This document shows positions 52,500 to 64,000 of a DNA stretch of 64,000 nt, piece after piece. The DNA comes from Macrostomum lignano (taxonomy: Eukaryota). Below the pieces are notes generated by a model that saw nothing but the letters and a program-made list of their open reading frames with translations, was not told where the DNA came from and searched no databases. The stretch lies in assembly GCA_002269645.1 (NCBI GenBank), contig NIVC01000467.1, positions 124,001-188,000 of the forward strand, read 5' to 3'. The translations under genes were made by a program, and so were the position numbers. The first letter of the stretch is position 1; each line of letters opens with the position of its first letter.

Positions 52500-54180
52500 A
52501 CGGTAGAAAGTTGGAGGGATTGTAGAGAGTTGGGGAATTGTAAACAGCTGTTGAATTTTAAACAGGTGGGGAATTGTAGACAGGTGGGGAATTGTAGACA
52601 GGTGGGGAATTGTAGACAGGTGGGGAACTGTAGACAGCTGGGCAATTAAATACAGCTGGGGAATTGTAGACAGCTGAGGAATCGTAGACAGCAGCGCAAT
52701 TAAAGACAGCCGGGGAATTGTAGACAGCTGGGGAATTGTAGACAGCTGAGGAATCGTAGACAGCAGCGCAATTAAAGACAGGTGGGGAATTGTACACAGC
52801 TGGGGAATTGTAGACAGCAGCGCAATTAAAGACAGCCGGGGAATTGTAGACAGTTGGGGAATTGTAGACAGCTGAGGAATCGTAGACAGCAGCGCAAATA
52901 AAGACAGCCGGGGAATTGTAGACAGTTGGGGAATTGTAGACAGCTGGGGAACTTTAGACAGCTGGGCAATTAAAGACAGGTGGGGAATTGTACACAGCTG
53001 GGGAATTGTAGACAGCAGGGCAATTAAAGACAGTTGGGGAATTGTAGACAGCTGGGGAATTGTAGACAGCTGGGAAATTGTAGAGAGCAGGGCAATTAAA
53101 GACAGGTGGAGAATTGTAGACAGTTGGGGAATTGAAGACAGCAGGGCAATTAAAGACAGCTGGGGAATTGTAGACAGCTGGGAAATTGAAGACAGCAGGG
53201 CAATTAAAGACAGGTGGGGAATTGTAGACAGCAGGGCAATAAAAGACAGCCGGGGAATTGTAGACAGTTGGGAAATTGAAGACAGCAGGGCAATTAAAGA
53301 CAGCTGGGGAATTGTAGACAGTTGGGGAATTGAAGACAGCAGGGCAATTAAAGACAGCTGGGGAATTGTAGACAGTTGGGGAATTGAAGACAGCAGGGCA
53401 ATTAAAGACGGTGGGGAATTGTAGACAGCGGGGCAATAAAAGACAGCCGGGGAATTGTAGACAGTTGGGAAATTGAAGACAACAGGGTAATCAAAAACAG
53501 CTGGGAAATTTTAGACAGCAGGGTAATTAAAGACAGGTGGTGAATTGTAGACAGCTGTAAGGATTGTAGACAACTGGGGAAATTGTAGACAGCTGGGAAA
53601 TTGTAGACAGGTGGGGAATTGTAGACTGCTGGGCAGTTAAAGACAGCTGAAAAATTGTAGACAGCAGAGCAATTATAGACAGCTGAGGAATTGTAGACAG
53701 CAGGGCAATTAATGACAGCTGGGGAATTGTAGACAGCTGGGGAATTGTAGACAGCTGGGGGAATTGTAGACAGTTGGGGAATCGTAGACAGCAGGGCAAT
53801 TAAAGACAGGTGGGGAATTATAGACAGCAGGGCAAATAAAGACAGCCGGGGAATTGTAGACAGTTGGGGAATTGTAGACAGCTGAGGAAGTGCAAACAAC
53901 TGGGAAATTGTAAACAGCTGGGGAATTGTAAACAGCTGGGGAATTTTAAACAGCTGGGGAAGTGAAAACGTTTTTGGGAATGGTAGATATCTGGGGAATT
54001 GTAGACAGTAGGGAAATTTTAGCTAGCTATGGAATTGTAGACAGCTGGGGAATTGTAGACAGTTGGGGAATTGTAGACAGCTGGGGAAGTGTAAACAGTT
54101 GGGGAATTTTAGACATCTAGGGAAGTGTAAACAGCTGGGGAATTGTAAACTGTTTGGGAATTGTAGACAGCTGGGGGAAT
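52500..54180. repeat. Intronic 18-bp minisatellite, diverged variant array
   Basis: gacagctggggaattgta units mixed with gacagcagggcaattaaa variants. Confidence 0.93.
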
Positions 54181-57100
54181 TAGCTCGTTTATTTTCTACA
54201 TGGATACTGGCAAACGGAGTAAATTATTTAGTACAAGTATTAGACTTAGTACTGTGCTGCAGCAAAATGCTTATCAAAAGGCAGCGCTATCACCGAATAC
54301 TTGCATGGCTTTCGTCGAGTGAATTCGAAATACGCGTGCCACTTGTAGCCTACGCAAAGTTTGCCTTGAAAAGACTGTTTGCAATCAGTGTCATTTATTT
54401 TATGCTGCTCTGCAGGTATTCCCGATGAACAGTAGCACTTTCTAGCATTCTCAATGGCGATGTATTTATATTTGTCGTAGAGATCGTCATCGATACACGC
54501 TTGAGCGCAAACCTTGTAGGACATAGGTTTACTAGGGTACATATAAGTGACATCTACATGTGATTCATCATAAAAGCATCCTGTCAATCGAAAGTTGTCT
54601 AAAACGGTTAAAACAAATCAATTTAAATAAGAGCAGGTCAAACAGCCGAATTATCTCAGACGGAAACTCACCTGGAGTGACCGTCGCTCCCCGCTCGTAT
54701 TTATCTGAATAATGGAATTATTTTAGGTTGTATTCAACAGGCAATCAGTTCTTGAGCAATTAATAATAGATGCAGCTCAAGAGGCAGTGACTAAAGAGTC
54801 ACCACAGAGAAGGTAAGAGACGGCAAAAGAGTTGAGATAAATAAAATAGAGCTGAAGTGACGGCAAGATTATGGAAATTATATTCATATTTCCATTAGAA
54901 TCAAAACTGGCACTTGCAAGGAAGTAGGATGACAAAGTACTTGCCTGGCTTGGGAGAAGAGAGTGTTGTGCGCAGGTTGAAATACGATATTGCACCATTG
55001 TAACCACACGATTGCCTGTGATTTCCAGGGCATCGACTTGAGCATTTCTCGATTTTAGTAGCCATATCTCGATCAGGTAATTCCGATGCACAATAGCATT
55101 TGTTACCGCTGTCAATGCCGAAGTATTTGAACTTTTCGTAGAAATTACGCCTCACACACTCGGTTGCGCAAACAAGGTGTGACATCCCTCTTCCTTTTGC
55201 CAGTACAATTGGTACATGAGCCGGTATATTGTTTTTCAATTGGCATCGGATCGGGCGAGACTCTGAAACAAGTGACCACAAGTAGATAAGCTGCTATCGA
55301 TGGTTTCGTAATGACATACGAAACAGTGGGAGGAAAAACGTTAAAACCGCCCCAAGACCGACAACCACCCGAAGACCGACGAAAAACACAACTCACGTGA
55401 CTACAAAAGACTGACTGAGATGCACGAGGGACAGAGCGAGAGAGACGGTCGCTTAATGGATAATTCACGGGCGATTGAGTCAGATTTGTTAGGGATGTCC
55501 AGCGGCTGTTTGGATGTGGGAAGAATGTAGATCGTCCTCAAACCGCCATTATCTCATACACCGAGACCATATGAGAGACAACCAACGCAGGCAGATACAA
55601 CCACTTGCAGTGAAACGGATGACACGACTGAAAGAACTTAACTGGAAACTCACCTGGAATAACTGGATAGACCTTCGCTCCCTGCTCGAATTTATCTAAA
55701 AAGGTAAAGTTTTGGTAGAACTCAGTTAAGAACAGATTACATTATTTTGAGCTGATTTTGAGCAATGTAGAAAATACTTAATAGTTAAAAATCATATATC
55801 ATCGAAAATTAAAAGAAATAGCACAAGTGAAGTAGGCTTCTTTTGGGCTTATTTGGCCACTGGATTTTACATTCGGAACTGTATTTTTATACATGTGCTA
55901 ACCTTTGCCATTAGTAACCTTTGCTCTGTGTTAATCTAATTGGTAAAAATTTGACCGTTTGTTTACCTTTCTTTGTAGAAGACAGTACTGCGCTCAGGTT
56001 GAAATACGCTACTGCCATATCCCCACCGCAGGATTGCCGGTGATTTCCTGGGCAACGATGCGAGCAATGTACTTCAGGGTCAAGTTCTGTTGGCAACATC
56101 CGAGATTCAAGTTCCGATTCACACAGGCAGGTGTCACCATAGGCGAGCCCGAAGGATTGGGATTTCTTTGGACTTTTCCCAGCACACTCGAGAGCGCAAA
56201 TGCGCGGCGACATTTTCTTCAGCTCAGCTCTAGGACCGATTCCGTAAACTCGATAGCATCCACCCGAATCAGTTGGAAACAGATAGCAAAGTCGTCAGTT
56301 GCAGTGTGGATGAGAAGCATTTATACTGCTAATACGAATTTGAACTGTTCTGAAATGCTGTTCTGACATGCTGAGAGAACCGTTCTGGCATGCTGATTGG
56401 TACTGTTCTGACATGCTGAGAGAACCGTTCTGGCATGCTGATTGGTACTGTTCTGACATGCTGAGGGACTTCTTCTGACATGCTGAATAGAATGGAGTGC
56501 TAATCTGAGCCAGTTATTTTTGTCTTTACTTTTAGCATCCTTTTTAGCATACCTTTAGCATCTTTTAGCATTTTAGCATTTAGTCGTTTTCTCGTCTCGT
56601 TTTCGTTTTCGCCCCCTCTGAAAGGTGTGTCCCAGCAAAGTACGAGCTCACATCAAAATATGCTTTTTCAGAGTTTTAGTTTTTGTGTAGCTTAACTTAG
56701 CTGACATGCCCTTCGCTGCTAGAATTGCAGGCATTTCTTTTTCATGGTCAGTGAGGCCACTCCAGAGCAAATTTTCTCCCAGAGGAAATTGGAGGAAATG
56801 GAGGAAACCTAGAGGCTTGGAGGAAATTCTGGAAGGACAAAACTTCCTCCAAATATTTTTACAAGATTTAAATTCAGGTGAACTTAAACATAATGTACAG
56901 AGGGACACCGATTGAATTTTTATGCAAAGCCTTGCATGCTGTTCCCACTGTATAGTCCTACATAGTCCACTATTTTACTTTCAGAGGTGGACGAAAAGGA
57001 ACACAAGACGAAAACGACTTTGTCTATGGCAACCCTGAAGTTTTTGTGGGTTGCCGGAGCTGCAGTAGTTCCACCTGTTATACCCTGAATGCAGCTGAGC

Positions 57101-58069
57101 ATGAGCACTAGCTAAAGTGCAAATATTTCTGGAGTGAATATGTGCACACATACAGTATTCGGGAATTGTAGACAGCTGGGGGAATTGTAGACAGCTGGGG
57201 AATTGTAGACATGTTAATATGCTGAGGGAACTGTTCTGACATGCTGAGGGTACTTTTTGACATGATGACAGATGAGAAAAATGTATTTATTAAAGTGGAA
57301 TCAATCATGACAGGAAGGCAGGAAGTCATTCGATAGTGACAGTTCACAGACCAGGGTGAAGTTGATTTTCTGAAGGCGAATCGCTCTGGTCTTTCGGCGA
57401 ATCCTCCTTGGTTTCCGGAGCTGCATCAGGCTCAGCTGAAAAGTGGCAGGATTATCCTGAATGCAGCTGAGCATAGGCACAAGCAAGCTAAAGCACAAAT
57501 CAAAGGAAGGAAATGCTACTCACATTTTTTCTTTGAGGACGGGCAGCTCAAAGCACCGTAGATGGCTGCGCTAATGCAGAAAAGAAGCAGAACCGTTCGG
57601 AACATGCTCAGGTCGAAGCGAGTTAGATCAGCTGATCCGCGCAAATTGTTGTTGAACTTTTAAAAGGAAGGTGTCTTGTTTCTCTTAGTTGCTGTCTTGT
57701 GAAAAGTGCAAATTCAGCTTATCGATAGCAGAAATTCTGAGAGCATTTGGGCTCGGGATCAGCACTATAAAATGGTCCGAGTCGCTCGGTTCAGCCACAG
57801 ACGCAACTGTGCATTTTAGTCAGCGGGCTCTGGCCATAGACAGTTTGCATTTGCGGGAATTCAGTTGTGTAATAAAGAAAGGCTAAGAGTGCACAAATTC
57901 TTTTTAGAAGGGTCATGGAAATTGATTTTGTGACTTCTGTACTGAAAAGTACATGTTACTACGGATTGAAAACACGAAATTTGGTTTGTGGTAAAAGTTT
58001 CATTAAGTGTTTGGGCCGAAGCAAAGTAAGTACGATTTTATAATTAGCTTATTGAGCTAAGAGGTTATA

Positions 58070-58700
58070 CACTCAGCAACATTGAAAAGTTTCCACCCTT
58101 GCACCAAGGGTCCATGGGCAACGCGATCGATGGTTTTACCGCTTGGTTTTTGGCCATAGACTAATGAGAAAAATGGGCATGAAGGGAATTAAAGTTCGAT
58201 ATCTGGTGTCACAAGGAGAAGCACCTGTGTGTACGGGAGACGACAACAATTTGGTCCGCCGAATGACTGATCTAGACCGAGCAAGTGCGGTTGGCATGCT
58301 CAACGCGCGGGATCGTCCATTCGTTCAGTTGCTCGCCGATTTGAACGATCGCATACCACGATACGCAAGCTGCATATGAAGTTGAGAGAAACCGGAAGTG
58401 TGGAACACGCGACGCGAGGCATCCAGCTCATCTACATGTACATGCGAAGCACGACTGAAAAGGCAGATCGGCGATTGCTGCGATCTTGGTGAAATACCAA
58501 CACTGCTGGTCACCTTACTTCGTCTGATATGGGGTGAAAGAAACCGCGAAGGTTGCACGCTTGTGGTTGCTATGCCCGGTACTGACTGTGCTTTGAACAT
58601 GTATGAGTACACAGCGTGGACATGGGCATGGACTACTTGTTTTGCTGTTCATTCTTTATTGTCAAATAGATCAAGCCTACTGGCAACGCTTCTGATTGTC
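58070..58700 (+). mobile_element. Decayed Tc1/mariner transposon 5' part
   Basis: TA|CACTCAGCAACATTGAAAAGTTTCCACCC is a TIR-like start. Frameshift-corrected translation MTDLDRASAVGMLNA/GSSIRSVARRFERSHTTIRKLHMKLRETGSV..RSTTEKADRRLLR resembles the Tc1 paired-like HTH. No right TIR found. Confidence 0.65.
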
Positions 58701-58881
58701 ACCATGGATGAATAATATAACTGGATCGCCAGAAGCTCGATTTTTTTGGTCCTAGCCATAGACAAGCACCAGCATCACAAGAAGCTCAGAATGCCGTACT
58801 TTCACCCTGCATATATTGCGAGCATGTGCTTGGACATAAAATAGAATACTTATAAATAAAGGTTTGCAGCTTCTGCAGCGG

Positions 58882-59420
58882 CTATTCGTCTGTGTGAAAG
58901 TACAACATTTCGTACTGGTCGTACTGCTTCCCGTACAATCGAGCTTGTTTGGGATTGAAACGCTTGGCTCGTGTCGGCTCGGCGCTTTGGTTTTTTGTCG
59001 GCAGCATTGGCAACTCGTAATACGGCTTACCATCACTGTCGGTCTTTTCAATAAGACTGTCTCTACGGCGCAGCTGCTTCATACGCTCTTGTCCTCTTTC
59101 ACCCAATACATACATGTACATCAGCGTGAAGAGTACCTCATCCTGTAATCGTTCACCATTGGATCGATCAAAGTACACAAATATTTTCTTGAGGTCAGTT
59201 TCCTCAATCGGTTCGAAGCGCTTCACACTTCCACCTGCAGCATGATATTCTCGAACTTTCATTTGCAGCATACGGTTAGCGCTGCCGAATTCAGGTGCAT
59301 CAGTGATGTTGATCATTTTGTTGATCATCATTGATCATCATGTTGATCATCAGTGATTTGTCGCTTAATGGTGTAGTTAAAAAAGCGCTGGATGCCAGCC
59401 CTTATGCAAACCAGACTTGA
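58882..59420 (-). pseudogene. Crypton/DUF3504-type tyrosine-recombinase-like fragment
   Basis: GEKYSASSLVCIRAGIQRFL..INITDAPEFGSANRML..EPIEETDLKKIF..LQDEVLFTLMY..GERGQE..KTDSDGKPYY..TKN matches, by recall, the DUF3504 family pattern. Interrupted by an atgatcaac micro-duplication. C-terminal catalytic part not seen. Confidence 0.7.
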
Positions 59421-59644
59421 TGCGGAGTACTTTTCGCCACTCGGCTTCGCCGAGAACGCTGAAGAAAGCGTTGTAGCTCTATCTTCACTATGATCTTATC
59501 GACTCAGTTCGGTAACCAGAGCCAATTCGCTTGATGTAACGCCATCGAGGGACTCTACTTGTAAATGCTTCCAGTTGATCATCTTTCTCCAGTGTCAAAT
59601 AAGCTAGCAATGTGTTTGTATTCGCAAAGGCTTCGAACTGCGCT

Positions 59645-59863
59645 TCTGTCCTCCTTCTGCCCAACAAAAGACTCGCTTTTTGTTGCAGCTACTTCTATGG
59701 TTCAAACCAGACCCTTCTGTCCTCTCTCTGCCCAACAAAAGGCTCGCTTTTTGTTGCAGCTACTTATGTCTATGGTTCAAACCAGACCCTTCTGTCCTCT
59801 CTCTGCCCAACAAAAGGCTCGCTTTTTGTTGCAGCTACTTATGTCAATGGTTCAAACCAGACC
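59645..59863. repeat. About 75-bp tandem repeat, 3 copies
   Basis: ctctgcccaacaaaaggctcgctttttgttgcagctact..ggttcaaaccagaccc repeated three times. Confidence 0.88.
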
Positions 59864-60032
59864 CTAGGCGTCTAGTTTTAGAAATGCATTGCCACATATG
59901 TAGCAATGCATGATTGTCACACGCTTCGTGAGTGGCTTGATCAATAGGACAATTAATAATATTATCTATATGATTCCTTCCGTAGACAACTAACCATTGC
60001 TTTTTCGATAGGATGAGAAACTAGTACTAAAA

Positions 60033-60176
60033 ATCTGGGAGGCTGACCCAGCAACTGAGGATCTGGGAGGCTGACCCAGCAACTGAGGATCTGGGAGGCT
60101 GACCCAGCAACTGAGGATCTGGGAGGCTGGCCCAGCAACTGAGGATCTGGGAGGCTGGCCCAGCAACTGAGGATCT
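60033..60176. repeat. 28-bp tandem repeat, 5 copies (atctgggaggctgacccagcaactgagg)
   Basis: Period 28 (starts at 60033, 60061, 60089, 60117, 60145). Confidence 0.92.
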
Positions 60177-61139
60177 ACTGTTATCTATTAATTATATTAA
60201 TAATCTGTTATCGTGCTATATTCTCATTCTCGACTATGTGTGGTTATCCAAAGTGATGCAAGTAAATACTGCAATTCATGATTTTTTCAAACCTTCGGTT
60301 GCAAAAAGCTTCTAGAATGTGCTTGAATGTCAGATGCTCAGTATCCGAAAGTTAATTTAATTAGATAAACAAAAACAGCATGGGAAGATAAACCAATTTT
60401 AAGCTTGTATTATAGAGAAAAGCTTTTTTAATGTATTTTTTTAATTATACGGAATGCGCACAGCATAGGCTTACAAGTAGTTAGATTTAGTACTGGTTGG
60501 TCTTGTAATGGATAAGAAAGTAGAAACATGCAACTGAGTCGCTAATTTTACTTAAAACCACAGATTCTAAAATAACTAGATGGGCCACTCAGGCATATAT
60601 ACGAAAGAAAAACAGTCTTCTACTTTCAGTTCAGCAGCAAAGAACACATAAGCTATTACTATATTAGCAGGCGTAAACAACTTGCTAATTGGTTCAGCAA
60701 TAATGTACGAGCGTACAATAGCCAGTCCAGCTTTAGGCTGGAATTCCGAGAAAGGCAATCAAAATTGGGGTGGGGTGTGGAAAGACGCGGTCTAAGCGGG
60801 GGTAAGAGCCAATAAATGAGCCTTGGCTTTAAAATACATTGAAACGCCTCTGTTTAATTTACTACTGAACTGAAAGTAGCTTACACGCAAATGTGCTAAG
60901 TGGCGTATCTACCTTAGTAGTTATTCTAGTATCTGTGCTTGAAACTAAAAATAGCAATTTATAGCGATAACGGCACAATTAGATTGATGGAATGAATTAA
61001 CAAGGACCAGCCCTGGCAGCCAAGACTACAGACGGTCAAGCATGCACAGGAAAAAAAGGTGATTAATTAATTATGACAGTAATCGTTTTCGGACGGATAA
61101 ATTTTTATTCAGATAAAAAATATGCCGTATAAATTGGAA

Positions 61140-62035
61140 AAATAAACTAAGCTGTAATTATAGATATTTCTCTACTACTTAAATTGGTCGTTTAGTTTGA
61201 TTACATAAAAAACTCCGGCCTGCAGGGATAACACGAAAATTGTTGTTTTTTAAAAGTACTCCAGTATACAGCATTTTGCCAGCTAATCGAGTCTAAGAGC
61301 AATCAATTTCTCAATCAAATCTAAGCAGTTACCATTGATAACAGCGCTTTCGGCGACATTGCCCAGCAACCAGACAGCCTTGAGGCAATTCTACTCATTC
61401 CACCGAATCCTGAGCAGGGTGTATAGCGGCCCTGACTTTCTACTCATCAGATTTGTACACTCTCTGTGCCTTTGGGGAGTTGGCCCTCCCGATGAAAACG
61501 GTACCCAGGCCAAGAAGCGTCCCAGAGTCACTTGCGTCGCACCAGAGTCTAAACGACTCTAAAACGACGAGATGTCACGGTACAAACTGCCAAAAAATTG
61601 TCAAAGAGTCGCTCAAGAATCACTTTTGAAGCGTTTAATATCCTACGACTCTGAAAATGACTCTGAGCACCTCAGACCACTTGGCACAATCTACAAGTCG
61701 CCAAAAAGTTGCCGAAGAGTCTATTTGAGGCGTTTCATTGTCTGCGACTTTCAAACGACTCTGGGGCGACGCAAGTGATTCTGGGGCCGTAGAGTCGTAT
61801 CTGGTGTATGCCAGAGTCGCTGTAGAATCACGGAATTGCATCTAAAGTGCATCTGCGTCACTGTATGAATTTGAATCGCATTTTGCATTTTAAAAAAAAC
61901 TACATCTAGTCTACTAGTGTTAGGAGAGATTTAAGCGCTGGTAGAACGACTCTTGGACGGCTTTTAGCAATGACGCTTTCAAGCGATTCTGGTCACGGTA
62001 ATGTTTTTAACAGGTTTACTGCTGACTGCTCTGCC
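61140..62035 (+). repeat. Dispersed repeat with internal 29-bp inverted arms (MITE-like)
   Basis: Direct copy of 38650-39390. cccagagtcacttgcgtcgcaccagagtc (about 61521) is inverted at about 61757 with 2 mismatches. Confidence 0.8.
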
Positions 62036-62219
62036 CCCTCCCAGAGGAAGACAATATTAATAGTAGATTGCTGTAAGTCGTTGTAACTAATAGTTAAATA
62101 TCTGCGCCTTACTTATTCGATTTTTTAACATTCTTCCATAGTTTTTTACTATATTTTAAACAAAAAACTTGCTTTGCTCGTATCGTTTAGTTCGCAAAAT
62201 GCATTATACTATCAGATAA

Positions 62220-63980
62220 TCATTTATCTTGTTCGTGTTGCTTTTGCTGCTTCTGCAATTGTTGCTTACGTCTAGCCTGTTCCCGCATTCGCTTATTGAA
62301 CTCTTTCGCCTTCTCGATATTCTCTCGCCGTTCCTGGAGCCGCTCGTCTGCTAATCGGCGACGCTGAACCTCTTCGAGATTTTGATAAAGCCGACGGCTG
62401 TGCTCAACGGCGTTTAGTTCTTGAGCCTTGCGCTGCTCAGAGTCTTTAGTCACTACTGTCGTAGTCTTAGTATTAGTAGTAGTAGCAACGGCGCCTCTAT
62501 TAGTAATATTCGCTGTTGAACTATTAGCAACTCTAGCGGCTTTCCAAGATTCTAAAGCAGTTTGAAGACGTTCAATATCGCGTTGTATATCGCTAGTTGA
62601 AGACAAATTTGACTTGTCGGAATGCTTCTTCTCACTAATCTGCTGCTTTTGCTGCTTGTTCTGCTGTTTCGCTTCGGCTCGTTTTCGAACAGCTTCCGTG
62701 GCCGAACGAACAGTTGCCAGGCTCGTAGCTGTACCTAGCAACGGGTCAGCTTGATTGCTAGCAGCTGACAGAGCGGCTGACGACGGCGACCCGGCACTGC
62801 AGGCTGACATCACTTCTAATTCGTGTCGACGAAACGATGCAAGAGAAGCGGATGGCGACCCGGATGAAAGATCCTGCGTAGCACTAGTTGAACCGTTGGC
62901 ACCGCCGTTGCTTTGGCTAATTGGATGCTGACTAATTGACGAACTACCGGCTGCTGTAGTAGAACTTTTACCTGCCAACGGTATAGTGACAGCGCCAGAT
63001 GAATTTTGAGCAACTGTTATTAGAGAGGATGAAGCAGAAACTGACGATAACGGATGCTGAGAAATTCCATCGAGACTGCCACCGACAATTTGATGAGCAG
63101 TTGCGGATGAAGAGTCCGCTAACGGATGCTGGGTAACAGCTCCGATTCCAGAGGATGCAGAGCCAGCAGCAGCAGCAGTCAGTTCGCTGCCACAAGGTTT
63201 AACAGTCGATGCAGCAGTGGTATCGGCCAGAGGTACCTGGGTAATCAGACCCGCAGTGTCTAATTCACCCGTAGATTTCGAAGAACGCGGTGCAATGCCG
63301 AAATCGCCAACTACGGTATTACCATTACCACTATTGTTAGTAAGAGTTGTAAGCGAGCCAGACAGTGGTACCTGGGTAAGAGTGCTGGCAGACTTTGCCG
63401 TGACCGTTGCAGCACCAGCCGGTAAAGTGTCTGAATCTGGCAAAGGCAGCTGGGAAAAAATTGCAACCTCAGAAGCGCCAGTAGCAGCACCAGCTGCAAT
63501 GTAATCAATTGGTCGAATTGTAAAATCTAGCGAAGATGTTGACCAGTCGGGCAGTGGCGCCTGCGAAACAGCGCCTGGAACGCCTAGCGTTGACTCTGCC
63601 ACATTTATTGCAACCGTCTCAGTTGTCTTTGTTTCAACTGACGTAGTCGCAAGAGGTAGCGTATAGGTTGGACTGGCCTCAACATTTGGCGCATGATAAT
63701 CTGCGTCATCATCAGCCACTTCATCCGTTGAGATGGTGCTCTCATCATTGCTGTCATTATCATCAACGCCTAGCGTTGCAGATTCGCTTCGATTCTGTTC
63801 GTCAGTGTCTTCAACCGCAGTTGATAGCGGCCTCTGCGATATGCCCGATGCGTCAACACCGCTGCTACTGCTGCTGCTTCTTCTGCTGGCACAGGCATCA
63901 TCGGCTGACACCGATCGCAGCTCGGCTAATCGATGCGAATTAGCTGAGAAATATTCTCGCAATAGGCGAATCTTCTGCGC
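62220..63980 (-). CDS. Large terminal exon of a probable ALMS-motif (ALMS1/CEP295/Ana1-like) centriolar protein
   Basis: Open frame of about 587 aa that is Ser/Thr/Ala-rich. Candidate acceptor cattcag|gcg at 63981, although the frame is open to the window edge. C-terminal HSRRLYQNLEEVQRRRLADERLQERRENIEKAKEFNKRM resembles, by recall, the ALMS-motif end RLYxQLxEV..AKEFxK. Confidence 0.6.
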   Translation of the reverse strand, partial: AQKIRLLREYFSANSHRLAELRSVSADDACASRRSSSSSSGVDASGISQRPLSTAVEDTDEQNRSESATLGVDDNDSNDESTISTDEVADDDADYHAPNVEASPTYTLPLATTSVETKTTETVAINVAESTLGVPGAVSQAPLPDWSTSSLDFTIRPIDYIAAGAATGASEVAIFSQLPLPDSDTLPAGAATVTAKSASTLTQVPLSGSLTTLTNNSGNGNTVVGDFGIAPRSSKSTGELDTAGLITQVPLADTTAASTVKPCGSELTAAAAGSASSGIGAVTQHPLADSSSATAHQIVGGSLDGISQHPLSSVSASSSLITVAQNSSGAVTIPLAGKSSTTAAGSSSISQHPISQSNGGANGSTSATQDLSSGSPSASLASFRRHELEVMSACSAGSPSSAALSAASNQADPLLGTATSLATVRSATEAVRKRAEAKQQNKQQKQQISEKKHSDKSNLSSTSDIQRDIERLQTALESWKAARVANSSTANITNRGAVATTTNTKTTTVVTKDSEQRKAQELNAVEHSRRLYQNLEEVQRRRLADERLQERRENIEKAKEFNKRMREQARRKQQLQKQQKQHEQDK

Positions 63981-64000
63981 CTGAATGTGCAACTGCGACG

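Larger units (their letters stand above)
44495..57605 (-). pseudogene. Diverged third paralog of the 7x WSC gene, with frame and splice lesions
   Basis: Signal exon 57605-57524 (MFRTVLLLFCISAAIYGALSCPSSKKK), 84-nt exon 57435-57352. WSC exons about 56263-55967 (no AG acceptor), 55262-54945, 54598-54305, 51827-51511 (317 nt), 51092-50784, 50198-49880 (319 nt, frameshift), 45899-45594. Linkers 55695-55654, 54704-54672, 52403-52338, 51966-51925, 51261-51220, 50371-50330, 46072-46031. Could still yield a product by exon skipping. Confidence 0.7.

Noticed and set aside
55290-55620. Extra intronic segment in paralog 3 as a transposon insertion
   Set aside because: No TIRs, TSD or tail could be identified.

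Overview
Eukaryotic, intron-containing, repeat-rich genomic DNA. The density of intronic minisatellites and near-identical duplications suggests a flatworm such as Macrostomum, but that is inference only. The main content is a minus-strand cluster of three copies of a multi-exon gene encoding a signal peptide, acidic/Pro-rich linker micro-exons and seven WSC domains. Copies 1 (10002-19389) and 2 (25350-34962) are near-identical. Copy 3 (44495-57605) is diverged and partly disrupted. From the signal-peptide exon through WSC7 all reconstructed junctions in the intact copies are phase 1, many WSC exons end in GC donors, and micro-exon number changes inside minisatellite arrays. Also present: a divergent 5-HT2-like class A GPCR (3' exons, + strand) and a terminal exon of a probable ALMS-motif centriolar protein (- strand). 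Mobile elements include nested hAT and Harbinger MITEs, a solo-LTR-like element carrying a 5'-truncated RT/RNase H LINE inserted into a 25-bp palindrome, a 3.4-kb non-autonomous hAT element, and Tc1 and Crypton-like relics. Most long ORFs in the supplied track are minisatellite translation artefacts. All exon and domain calls were made by eye, without database searches.
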